Under the pieces are notes generated by a model. That model had not been told where the DNA came from. It searched no databases and was given only the letters and a program-made list of their open reading frames with translations. Below, one piece after another: positions 8,812 through 17,321 of a DNA stretch of 64,000 nucleotides. This DNA is from a virus. Its lineage: Duplodnaviria > Heunggongvirae > Uroviricota > Caudoviricetes. Positions within the stretch are counted from its first letter, which is position 1. Each line of letters starts with the position of its first letter. A program made the position numbers and the translations under genes. The stretch is from positions 64,001 through 128,000 of the IMG/VR virus record IMGVR_UViG_3300028591_000006, one strand, 5' to 3'.

Positions 8812-11661
8812 TTACTTATTCCAGCGTTTGAATGCTTCAGGAGTACAAGGATTACCCCAGGTACTTCGTGTCTTTTCAGAAATCACACCGTCTCTTTCAA
8901 GTCCGTCCTTATACGATTCCCAATCCTGTTGCATTTCATAATAATCATTCCACTGTCCGGCAGCCTTAAAATCCTGTACAGCCTGTCGGAAAGTAAGACC
9001 AGATGTTACAGATTCACGGGAATTGTCAATCTTATGATACATTGTTTCGCCATTAGAGAAACGTGCTGTTACACCAAGTTTCTGCCATCCGTAATCTTTT
9101 ACAAGAGTATCGAGATAAGTATTAATTTTTGCTGCAAGATTATCAAATTCGGCATCTGACAAATCTTCGGTATTTCCACCTTCTTTTATCTCAATCCAGA
9201 TACCTTCATAGTATCCGTCACGGATTTTAATACAGAAAGGTGGGGCATAATCTGGGTCACGATAATCATCATAAAGCGGAATATCCATTTCAGTTGCAAG
9301 GTCTGTGGCATTATCAATTTCATCTCTATATTCAAGAGAATCAAGGTCATAATCACGTTCCTCTGTGTCTACATCATTTTCTTCATCATATACATAGTTC
9401 TCAGCAACATATGTTACAAGTGGGAAATCATATCCATAAACATTATCATTGCTGCCGAAGTTTGATGTTCCTGACTTAATAAGACGTTTAGATTGTATTT
9501 TCATTTTCTTTTCTCCTTTCTTACCTGACTGAATATTTTCCGTTCCATTCCATAAGTAATCCGGGTCAATTACTACATCAAATCTGTTTCCAAACTCAGG
9601 ATTTATACCCCAGATAAAACTTTCTGAATTTAATGACATATCATCAATCCAATAAGAATTAAATCCGCTCGGCTCTTCTTCTTCCGCATACAGATTAAAT
9701 GCAAAACCACTTGGAATGGCAAAAGGTGCTTCATTAGATGGAATTTCTTCAGCAACTGATTCCGCAATAGATTTAAGACCTTCTGGATAAATTGTCAGGG
9801 TGTGACCAAAATCGTGTTGAAAGAAATCATCCTGACACATCTCTATGAATTCTTCATCTGTATCACGATGATATACCTCATAAGCGTCTGGCCAATTATC
9901 ACCTTCTTCTCTTTCGAGATATTTTAACCACTGGTCAAATCCAGCACGAGTATAAAGAGTTCCATCATCGGCAAGAAGTAGGGGTTCGGTAAAACTTATT
10001 CCGATGTCACCAATCTTTTCTTCTACTTCATCCATATCATATTCCTGGTATTCCCAGCTGCCATTTGCAGATTTAATTACTTTCATATTCTTATCTCCTT
10101 TTGATGATGTCAGGCAGATTTTTTCAAATCCACTCATGGCATCCCAGTCTTCAAGCAAATCATTATCATCAAGAATGTTATAGACTTTATTCAGTAATGG
10201 AATGTCATCTTTAAGAATTCTCTTATTGATAGTTCTGTAATCCTGTTTATCATCAATAACATAGAAAAGCAAATCATCAAGCTGCTTTAATTCTTCATCG
10301 CTCAAAGAATTTCTTACAACATCATATTTGGTAAAGTCTTCCTCTTCACCATACGCTTTAGTAATATAACCGAGAACGATTGATATACCATCTCTTTCAC
10401 CTTCGCTGAGAGATGCAGACGATTGTATTTTCATATTATTTCTCCTTGAAGAACCGATGTTTTTCTTAGAAGATGTAACCTCATTAAAGGCTTTAAGTGG
10501 CGGAGCTTTTACACCTTCCGGTAAACCATTTGGATATAAATGCTTATTAGCATAAACATCATATTCATGATTCTTCATCTGTTCGATAGCATATTCGAGT
10601 TTTGTAGAGAGTGATTTGATATCTCTTTCCCTGAAAGAATCATCTTTTTTCCATTTCTCAGCAGCAAAAGTATATTGTTTTTCAGCAACAGTTTGTTTGT
10701 TATGAAATACTGTGAACCATGACGAATTAAAAGAACTACCGTGTAAGGTTGTGTATAAACTCCACCCATTCTTAAAATAAGCTGTCACTGAAATTTCAGG
10801 TATACCACCATTAATGCGTCTGCTTAAATGTATATCTGCTCCGTAAGGTTTTAACAAATCCTCAATAACTTGTAACATCTCTCTTTCAGCTTTATCATAC
10901 ACATCAACTGTTTCTAAACTAGAATAATCTATTGCCGATTTAATAATATTATTCATAATCTCAAATCCTTCTTTGTACTGTTTCTGATATTCAGTCCAGG
11001 CATCACCAAGACCATCTATAGCCTCAGCCATATTACCAACTTCGCCAAGGTTCCATTCCTCATCATAACAGAATTTCTTGGCTGAGTTATAATCTCTCTC
11101 GGTCATATCACCAAACCGTTCTGTAAGCTGTTCAAGGTAATAGTCTTTATAGTCTTCACGTGTTTTCATATTTCCACCTTTCAATGCACTTTCAATAACA
11201 TCCCAGTCTTCTTCCGGATAATTTGCAACTCCATAAAGCTGCCCTTCAACTCCCAAATCCTGGAGAAGAATTCCATCAGTAATCTTGTAAGCCGATACAT
11301 CTTCAATATCTACACCATAGGTATCAGCCACATCTTCCGGATTATCACAAGCCCAGATTGCGTAATTGAAATTGTCTTTTGAGATTCCATATTCGGTAAG
11401 TTTGTTTATGATATTGTCTACGAGAGCATAGATGGCATCTTCATCTGCTGCAATGCTCTCAGGGTCTACATTGTCTGTAACTGAGTCAAAGTCAACTTCC
11501 GGGTAAAGACGCTGAAGGTCGTTTATCACTCCGTCATAGTTTCTGACCTGACCATCCTGAAACATTTCCCATGCAAGTACATTGCGTACAGAAGTGAATG
11601 AATCAAGATTAGATATGATATCGCTGCGATAGACTGTCTTATTTATACCTGTTGTTTCCAT
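8812..11661 (-). CDS. 949-aa acidic polyprotein with five internal in-frame RBS+ATG; IKS-motif family
   Basis: Internal KGGNMKT, KEGFEIMNNIIKSA, RRNNMKIQSSA, KGDKNMKVIKSA, KKGEKKMKIQSK; late promoter 11666-11675. Confidence 0.8.
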   Translation of the reverse strand: METTGINKTVYRSDIISNLDSFTSVRNVLAWEMFQDGQVRNYDGVINDLQRLYPEVDFDSVTDNVDPESIAADEDAIYALVDNIINKLTEYGISKDNFNYAIWACDNPEDVADTYGVDIEDVSAYKITDGILLQDLGVEGQLYGVANYPEEDWDVIESALKGGNMKTREDYKDYYLEQLTERFGDMTERDYNSAKKFCYDEEWNLGEVGNMAEAIDGLGDAWTEYQKQYKEGFEIMNNIIKSAIDYSSLETVDVYDKAEREMLQVIEDLLKPYGADIHLSRRINGGIPEISVTAYFKNGWSLYTTLHGSSFNSSWFTVFHNKQTVAEKQYTFAAEKWKKDDSFRERDIKSLSTKLEYAIEQMKNHEYDVYANKHLYPNGLPEGVKAPPLKAFNEVTSSKKNIGSSRRNNMKIQSSASLSEGERDGISIVLGYITKAYGEEEDFTKYDVVRNSLSDEELKQLDDLLFYVIDDKQDYRTINKRILKDDIPLLNKVYNILDDNDLLEDWDAMSGFEKICLTSSKGDKNMKVIKSANGSWEYQEYDMDEVEEKIGDIGISFTEPLLLADDGTLYTRAGFDQWLKYLEREEGDNWPDAYEVYHRDTDEEFIEMCQDDFFQHDFGHTLTIYPEGLKSIAESVAEEIPSNEAPFAIPSGFAFNLYAEEEEPSGFNSYWIDDMSLNSESFIWGINPEFGNRFDVVIDPDYLWNGTENIQSGKKGEKKMKIQSKRLIKSGTSNFGSNDNVYGYDFPLVTYVAENYVYDEENDVDTEERDYDLDSLEYRDEIDNATDLATEMDIPLYDDYRDPDYAPPFCIKIRDGYYEGIWIEIKEGGNTEDLSDAEFDNLAAKINTYLDTLVKDYGWQKLGVTARFSNGETMYHKIDNSRESVTSGLTFRQAVQDFKAAGQWNDYYEMQQDWESYKDGLERDGVISEKTRSTWGNPCTPEAFKRWNK

Positions 11662-11772
11662 AAGAAAATATATAAATCAGAACAGCATACTTCCAAGGTA
11701 TTTATAATTGCATATAAGGACTTCATCAGTCTTATTATTGTCTACTCCATGACTTGAGTATTTCATATAAAT

Positions 11773-12219
11773 TCATTTTGTTTCCTTTAAGAAATCTAAA
11801 GAATCATCAACCATCTTTTGTCTTTCTTCTACAGACATGTCATTCCATCGGGGTTTTCCTTGGATTCCTAATTGAAGGAATATTGCCATAAGAACTTGCT
11901 TTGATATGCTGTTTCCTGATTGTTTATAGAGTTGACTCTTACTGTTCACCTTTGCAGCTTTGTTGAAATCCTCATCCGAGAATCCCATAAGTCTCCATGT
12001 CTCATTCTCAGTTAACTTACGGATAGCATATTTCTTACCCATTTCTTTATCTCCTTCTACGACCGGAAGTATAGCAGTCTTCTTACCTTCCGGGCGTGTT
12101 GTTATAGTCGGACATAATCCGCTCTTATCTACAGTTTTATTAAACGCATTTATCGTATCACCCGGTTTACACTCATTACTGAGTAATGTATCCCAGGCTT
12201 GTTCATAAAATTCATACAT
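11773..12219 (-). CDS. C5-cytosine methyltransferase C-terminal fragment (last TRD-like module plus motifs IX-X)
   Basis: LCPTITTRP module then IRKLT..E.WRLMGF..(IX) and LYKQSGNSI(X); internal AAGGAG-ATG at 12042. Confidence 0.9.
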   Translation of the reverse strand: MYEFYEQAWDTLLSNECKPGDTINAFNKTVDKSGLCPTITTRPEGKKTAILPVVEGDKEMGKKYAIRKLTENETWRLMGFSDEDFNKAAKVNSKSQLYKQSGNSISKQVLMAIFLQLGIQGKPRWNDMSVEERQKMVDDSLDFLKETK

Positions 12220-12427
12220 CTTCTTTAATGATAGAATCTTCCATTTCTTCAAGAATCATTATATCAAGAAACGACATTGTTGTAAGGGTTGGACAGATTT
12301 CAGGTGCTCTTGCTCCCCACGAACGAATATCAGAATATCTTGCCTTTACGGAATGCTTCTCATATCCTTTTCGTATCTGCTTACCGAATTCATTTCTTTC
12401 CTGTCGTAACAGATATATCTTCTTCAT
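12212..12427 (-). CDS. Free-standing TRD-like mini-ORF of split methyltransferase
   Basis: ICPTLTT motif; stop overlaps next start (ATGTATGA). Confidence 0.7.
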   Translation of the reverse strand: MKKIYLLRQERNEFGKQIRKGYEKHSVKARYSDIRSWGARAPEICPTLTTMSFLDIMILEEMEDSIIKEDV

Positions 12428-12572
12428 ATTCCAGTACCATATTATCTTTAGCAGCTGATGTTATGGTATTGCACAATCCGGTATAATTTATTTCGAGTTT
12501 CTGCTCAAACTTTTTATCAGAATTATCTTCCGGAGTTCTGCCACGCATTGCTACTATCAGATATTCTTTCAT
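12390..12572 (-). CDS. Free-standing TRD-like mini-ORF
   Basis: EQKLEIN..GLCNTITSAAKDNMVLE; ATGA overlap with HNH stop. Confidence 0.75.
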   Translation of the reverse strand: MKEYLIVAMRGRTPEDNSDKKFEQKLEINYTGLCNTITSAAKDNMVLEYEEDISVTTGKK

Positions 12573-12895
12573 ATTTCCTTTCTCATCTTTGCAGCGTGAC
12601 TCTGATTCTCATCATTGGTACACCACTCAAGATTACTTACCTTATTATTCAGTTTATCAAAATCTATATGGTTTATCTGCTCCTTATTGTCCGGATTCGG
12701 AATAAAAGCCAGAGCCACAAGACGATGAACTTTCTTATGCTTACGCACATTATTCTTGTATAAATCAACAAGGGCATAACCTTTTTCAGTAATAAATGGT
12801 TTCAGAAGTTTACCACGTTTAACACCATAAACTTCACCATCCTTAGATACACAGTACAGACCTTCATACCCCGGAATGTCTTTCCACTTTTTCAT
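12569..12895 (-). CDS. NUMOD4-HNH homing endonuclease inserted in the TRD array
   Basis: WKDIPGYEGLY.VS..G.V (NUMOD4) plus VHRLVA.AFI.N....INHID..K.NN...NLEW (HNH). Confidence 0.92.
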   Translation of the reverse strand: MKKWKDIPGYEGLYCVSKDGEVYGVKRGKLLKPFITEKGYALVDLYKNNVRKHKKVHRLVALAFIPNPDNKEQINHIDFDKLNNKVSNLEWCTNDENQSHAAKMRKEI

Positions 12896-12982
12896 CTTCT
12901 TTCTCCCGCTCAATCAATATGTAAGGCATGTGCTCGCCATCAGATTACCATAAAAGATAATCTCACTTTTCTTCTCGTTCAT
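12887..12982 (-). pseudogene. Degenerate TRD-like module (internal deletion/frameshift)
   Basis: MNEKKSEIIFYGNL in one frame, HMPYILIERE in another, only about 30 codons in total. Confidence 0.4.
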
Positions 12983-12998
12983 CAATTTCCACCAGATA

Positions 12999-13136
12999 CT
13001 ATGGATGAAGTACAGTCGAAACGGTAACACTCACTGTATCAGAGCTGTACACCCTATCCTGATTATAATATTGCGTTCCACCATTGCTGACCTTTTCACC
13101 AAGTCCGCCAAGCATTACCGGTTCAATATCATTCAT
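12999..13136 (-). CDS. TRD-like mini-ORF ending at TAG, probably prematurely
   Basis: Not in ORF track; MNDIEPVMLGGLGEK...QDRVYSS..VSVTVST VLHP*YLVEIDE; GGTGG SD, ATGAATGA overlap. Confidence 0.65.
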   Translation of the reverse strand: MNDIEPVMLGGLGEKVSNGGTQYYNQDRVYSSDTVSVTVSTVLHP

Positions 13137-13317
13137 GACATTCCACCATTATTTTTGGCTGCAAGTTACCACCTGTACAACAAGGGATGGTAGGACAGAT
13201 ACCCCATTTGGAATAAACACGATTAGCACTTTCAAAGGTATGGTCAATCGTGTGGTCCATACAGGCGAGAATTATAACTTCAGGTGAAACTTCTCTCTCT
13301 AAGCAATTTTCATTCAT
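13129..13317 (-). CDS. TRD-like mini-ORF, in frame, (AG)4 near start
   Basis: ANRVYSKWGICPTIPCCTGGNLQPKIMVE; (AG)4 at 13293-13300. Confidence 0.75.
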   Translation of the reverse strand: MNENCLEREVSPEVIILACMDHTIDHTFESANRVYSKWGICPTIPCCTGGNLQPKIMVECHE

Positions 13318-13618
13318 ATTCACAAACTATTACGCAATTACTATTATCAGCTTCAATACCTTTCCAGTATCTTGCCAAAACCGTATTTGCAATCTCCTTA
13401 TTTATATCAATTATAGAAATATCATTAACACTTAAAAACTTACCGTTCAAACTTCTTCTAATGGTTGCTGGGTAATTACGGCATTTGAGCAATAAGTTCC
13501 CATTCCTTTCCAATCCCTTGCAAGCAAGGTCATCGCTATGTCCGTTTCCTTCAGAAATTTCGTTCCCACTTCCGAAAGATAACAGGTCATTACATTGTTT
13601 GTTTGTAGTATTATTCAA
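13310..13618 (-). CDS. Dual-frame TRD ORF; the 0-frame ends in a TRD-like module
   Basis: C-terminal IDINKEIANTVLARYWKG; TTG start overlapping upstream stop, GGAG SD. Confidence 0.65.
   Translation of the reverse strand: MNNTTNKQCNDLLSFGSGNEISEGNGHSDDLACKGLERNGNLLLKCRNYPATIRRSLNGKFLSVNDISIIDINKEIANTVLARYWKGIEADNSNCVIVCEYE
13447..13614 (-). CDS. Hidden TRD-like module in the +1 frame of ORF 13310-13618
   Basis: Hand translation: ..MTCYLSEVGTKFLKETDIAMTLLARDWKGMGTYCSNAV..*, clearly paralogous to neighbouring TRDs. Confidence 0.7.
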   Translation of the reverse strand: MILQTNNVMTCYLSEVGTKFLKETDIAMTLLARDWKGMGTYCSNAVITQQPLEEV

Positions 13619-13874
13619 TTTCTATAACTCCATTGCTTGGTATCTGTCCGCTACCAAAGCCTTTATAATCCCTTGCAAGAATTGTCATTGCAACATCTAC
13701 ATCTACTTTATAGACTTTTCTGTAGTTACAATAACAACACCATTTCCTATGCTCTGAATCTTGCTTATTCCTCTGTTTTCCCTTGCGATTATACAGTTCG
13801 CAACTTTCAGCAGCTTTGGATTCTTGATACTCAAATCTATCGGAATAATTACTCTCTCTAGCCGTTTCTGTCAT
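13611..13874 (-). CDS. Dual-frame TRD ORF; the 0-frame ends in a TRD-like module
   Basis: C-terminal VDVAMTILARDYKGFGSGQIPSNGVIE; TAATG overlap, AAGGTGG SD. Confidence 0.65.
   Translation of the reverse strand: MTETARESNYSDRFEYQESKAAESCELYNRKGKQRNKQDSEHRKWCCYCNYRKVYKVDVDVAMTILARDYKGFGSGQIPSNGVIEIE
13703..13870 (-). CDS. Hidden TRD-like module in the +1 frame of ORF 13611-13874 (no own start)
   Basis: Hand translation: QKRLERVIIPIDLSIKNPKLLKVANCIIARENRGISKIQSIGNGVV..*. Confidence 0.7.
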   Translation of the reverse strand, partial: QKRLERVIIPIDLSIKNPKLLKVANCIIARENRGISKIQSIGNGVVIVTTEKSIK

Positions 13875-14068
13875 TATTCCACCTTTACAAGCACATCCGC
13901 TATGCCGCCCTTACTTGCTGTAATGGTCTTGCAGATTCCATAGATTGAGAAAACAGAACCGTCATATCCGTCATGCAGACCATATATGTTGCCAAGATAG
14001 ACAGCATTTTCAAAGTCTTTTTCCTGAGTCCTCTCTCTCTGATTATCTGCAACTTCTTTCTTACTCAT
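13874..14068 (-). CDS. First TRD-like mini-ORF, in frame, (AG)5 near start
   Basis: YLGNIYG...GSVFSIYGICKTITASKGG; ATGA overlap with catalytic fragment; (AG)5 at 14031-14040. Confidence 0.75.
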   Translation of the reverse strand: MSKKEVADNQRERTQEKDFENAVYLGNIYGLHDGYDGSVFSIYGICKTITASKGGIADVLVKVE

Positions 14069-14799
14069 TCAAGTTTTCCATCATCAATAAGCTGCTGAAT
14101 AAGTTTCTCAGCTTTCTCCGATTTTATAAAATAAGAATCAGCCACTTCTTCCTGAAGGAAGTCTTTCATAACATACTTCAAAGGAATCTTTTTAGGGAAC
14201 TCAAATTCTATAAAATCTTTTGAAAGAATTGATACACCAAAACAGCGTTCACGATTCTGCGGAATACCAAAGTCCTTGGCATTCAAATCTTCGTAATAAG
14301 TATAATATCCACGAGATTTAAGATAATCGAGCCATTTATTAAGTTCGGGAAGATTGCTCTCAGAATGACATTGCGGAACATTTTCCCAGATACAAATATC
14401 AGGTAACTGTTCATCCGGAAGTTCTGTAAGAAGTCTTTTTACTTCAAAAAGTAAAGAAGATGTTGTTCCGCTACCTTCTTTCATACCTTCCATTTTACCG
14501 GCCACTGAAAGCGATTGGCAGGGCCAAGAATAAAACATCACATATGTATATTTATCCTTATCTACAATTTCCAAGTCAGAACCATGAATCTTAGTTATAT
14601 CAAGAACTGGAAATTCTGTACCATGAATTGCATTATAAGATTTAATTGCAAACTCATCAAACTCAACCAACTTGTAGCGTTCAAAATCTACACCTATAGC
14701 TTTCATAGCCATAGATTGGGAACCCACACCTCCGAATAATTCTAGCAATCTAATTTTCTTTTTGATTTCCGGTTGTGGCAGGTCAAATAAAAAACCCAT
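14065..14799 (-). CDS. dcm: C5-cytosine DNA methyltransferase N-terminal catalytic fragment (motifs I-VIII)
   Basis: LLELFGGVG (I), SWPCQSLSVAG (IV, catalytic PC), IWENV (VI), LNAKDFGIPQNRER (VIII). Confidence 0.95.
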   Translation of the reverse strand: MGFLFDLPQPEIKKKIRLLELFGGVGSQSMAMKAIGVDFERYKLVEFDEFAIKSYNAIHGTEFPVLDITKIHGSDLEIVDKDKYTYVMFYSWPCQSLSVAGKMEGMKEGSGTTSSLLFEVKRLLTELPDEQLPDICIWENVPQCHSESNLPELNKWLDYLKSRGYYTYYEDLNAKDFGIPQNRERCFGVSILSKDFIEFEFPKKIPLKYVMKDFLQEEVADSYFIKSEKAEKLIQQLIDDGKLE

Positions 14800-14883
14800 T
14801 TCATATCTCCATATATTTTCAGTATATCTTAATAATAGAAAAACCCGCCTTCTCAGACGGGTTTGTTACAGAATGAAAAATAT

Positions 14884-15408
14884 TTATTTTCTAACAGACA
14901 TGCCACCAACCCTATCATACATGGGGTCGGAATCAAATTCTTCAGGGAAATCAATTCCAACAGTAATAGCATCAACAAGGGCTTTTCCAATATCACCCCA
15001 TTTATCAGCAAACTTTCCTGACTGATTACCGGTATAGAACTCAGTATCATAAATAGCGAGCTGCACCCTACCATTATCTCGCCATGTATCATCTGCCCTA
15101 CCCTGTAATTCCTGAAGAGCCTTAATGTCATTAGGATTATTCCTGTCGCCCCAGAAAGTAAGAACATAAGTATCATCATCATAACTTTCTGCAACGGCAT
15201 TACCAAACATCTTAACAAAGACATTTTCAATAAGAACATCTAATTCACGACTAGCTTCATTGAGTCTGTCACCATCTTTATCCCAGTCAAAATCCACTCC
15301 ATTATCTTCACGATAATTTTCTTCAAAAACATCCGTAAGGGTTGTAATATCTACCCCAATCATGATTCTGTCCGGATTATCATAATAATCTGATTTGATA
15401 ACTTTCAT
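14884..15408 (-). CDS. Acidic protein starting MKVIKSD, IKS-motif family
   Basis: N-terminus matches internal module starts of the 949-aa protein. Confidence 0.7.
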   Translation of the reverse strand: MKVIKSDYYDNPDRIMIGVDITTLTDVFEENYREDNGVDFDWDKDGDRLNEASRELDVLIENVFVKMFGNAVAESYDDDTYVLTFWGDRNNPNDIKALQELQGRADDTWRDNGRVQLAIYDTEFYTGNQSGKFADKWGDIGKALVDAITVGIDFPEEFDSDPMYDRVGGMSVRK

Positions 15409-15420
15409 ATTTATCTCCTA

Positions 15421-16332
15421 TTAAAACATTGGAATGGATTCATCATCTGCATCATATACAGGTGGTTCCTGTGGATTTCCATTACCTTCTCCAAGAAGTC
15501 CAAGTTCACGACCAGCTTCTTCAATATGCTCCCACATAACACCATAAATATACATACGGTAAGGATTAACATAAATTAAATCCGGATTTCTTGCAGATAC
15601 ACCGTGTGAACGATAAACATTATTTGCCATAAGACCTGATGGTGCCCATTTCTCGCTATAAGGAATGCTTGTCTGCATCTGATATTCAATTTCATTATTA
15701 CCTAACCAGAGACAACCAGTTTCAAAATAAGGTTCGCCATCACAGAAAGCATGATATCCATATCCGTCAGTATCAAATTGATTTATATCTTCAAGATGCC
15801 CATCATCAATCGCCTTGTTTACAGCCTCTACCAAATCATCAGCGGATTTGAAACCATGTACAATGTCTTCACTTGTGTAAAGCTGCTCATGGAAAAGTTT
15901 CTGAGCATTGTCTTCGATATCAAAAGGATTTGCATAGAATTCAACATCAGCTGCCCCAGCTTCATACTTGTACATACTGTCAAGATATTCCGGACTTTCT
16001 GCAAATTCTTCTTCACCTTCCACCCATTCATCTACAGCTTCATACATAGCTTCAAGTGCAGTATGGTCAGCATCATAATCATTTAGATATTCATTAAAAT
16101 AATATTCAACATCAAAAGGCTGATTACGATATTCATTAAGTTTGGTTACAAGTTCATCCTGAGTTTCAAGCCAGTCGGCAAACTCATTGATAAACTCATC
16201 ATAGTAATGTTCTTTGTCTTCATTACCTGTTTCTGCAAACCAGTCAACATCAAAAATACCGGCTGTTTCAAGGGCATTCCTGATATTGTTGTATGCCGGG
16301 TCATATGGACTTAATTCCGATTTAATTAACAT
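15421..16332 (-). CDS. Highly acidic protein starting MLIKSE, IKS-motif family
   Basis: Start re-placed at ATG 16332 behind AAGGAG; downstream of protease. Confidence 0.7.
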   Translation of the reverse strand: MLIKSELSPYDPAYNNIRNALETAGIFDVDWFAETGNEDKEHYYDEFINEFADWLETQDELVTKLNEYRNQPFDVEYYFNEYLNDYDADHTALEAMYEAVDEWVEGEEEFAESPEYLDSMYKYEAGAADVEFYANPFDIEDNAQKLFHEQLYTSEDIVHGFKSADDLVEAVNKAIDDGHLEDINQFDTDGYGYHAFCDGEPYFETGCLWLGNNEIEYQMQTSIPYSEKWAPSGLMANNVYRSHGVSARNPDLIYVNPYRMYIYGVMWEHIEEAGRELGLLGEGNGNPQEPPVYDADDESIPMF

Positions 16333-16401
16333 ATGCAACTCCTTATAAGTTTTACTATCTGTAATAATAAACGATTGAATACAGATAGTCAAGCAAAATC
16401 T

Positions 16402-17274
16402 TTATTTTTTGAAAAGTTTCTTAAGGTCTTTTGTATCAGGATATTTCTTAAGGGAACTCTTGATTGCCTTTGTACTTGGAAATCTGCTCTTAAGATTAAC
16501 TGAGCTTGCAAGAGGGAATGTCTTGGATTTATCGGCAAGGTGCAGACTGTTGAACATTGCTGCAATCCAGTCATTTGTAGGATTCTTTTCATAGGCTTCT
16601 TCAATTGCAGAAGTAATCTGCTCACGAAGACCTTTTTCTAGGTCAAGAACTGACTGTGTGAGGTCAGGAGCATTATCACTAGACGTACATAATTGTAAAC
16701 AACGTGGCACGGCAGGCACCGAAACCGTATCTTGCGAAACGGCAAGATATGTATCTTCGTCAACACGTGTGAGTCCATTTCCAATATCAATCAAATCACC
16801 AAATCCACGTGAAGATGTTCCAATCATACCTGTTTTTGCAAGTGAATATATGAGATTGCCCTTTGGAGTATCCATTAAATCAAGGTTGGAAAGTACCAAA
16901 TTATCATCACCAATCCAAAAGTCGTTTATGCGAATCACGACATTTTCAAGCAATACTTCCGAACTATCCCTATGACAATCTTCACCCCAGAAACAATGAT
17001 TATCCAAAGCAGCTTTAATAAAAGGATTTTCACGAATAGATTCCCAAAGTTTCTTACTAAAGACCATATTATTGAGAGTTGGTATGTCATAATATGCAAT
17101 AGGCATATTCTTCCAGGAATAAAGAACACCTGTATTGTCCATTTCTGGTTTGTAACCTTGCAAGATATAATCTTCTTGTTTCATCAAACCAGATTTAATC
17201 AGTTTACTTTTAGTATCAGAAAAAGTCTTAGCAGAAAACCAATTACCTTTAATCCATACATTATGTTGATTCAT
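16402..17274 (-). CDS. gp21: Prohead (capsid maturation) protease, T4 gp21-like
   Basis: PTLNNMVF, WGEDCH, DTPKG.L...L...G.IGTSSRGFG signature; late promoter 17311-17320. Confidence 0.9.
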   Translation of the reverse strand: MNQHNVWIKGNWFSAKTFSDTKSKLIKSGLMKQEDYILQGYKPEMDNTGVLYSWKNMPIAYYDIPTLNNMVFSKKLWESIRENPFIKAALDNHCFWGEDCHRDSSEVLLENVVIRINDFWIGDDNLVLSNLDLMDTPKGNLIYSLAKTGMIGTSSRGFGDLIDIGNGLTRVDEDTYLAVSQDTVSVPAVPRCLQLCTSSDNAPDLTQSVLDLEKGLREQITSAIEEAYEKNPTNDWIAAMFNSLHLADKSKTFPLASSVNLKSRFPSTKAIKSSLKKYPDTKDLKKLFKK

Positions 17275-17321
17275 ATTCTATACCTCTTAAATTCAAAATA
17301 GATGATATAGAAATATATAAC

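Noticed and set aside
12220-12252. MKKWK N-terminus shared by the HNH gene and the MTase C-fragment ORF
   Set aside because: The latter comes from an arbitrary TTG upstream of the coupled ATG at 12219; likely coincidence
11773-14799. Stop-codon reassignment (e.g. TAG=Gln) as the cause of methyltransferase fragmentation
   Set aside because: Fragments mostly end in TGA/TAA and change frame; long structural genes are intact under the standard code; several genes end cleanly in TAG (18631, 21659, 50396, 57599)
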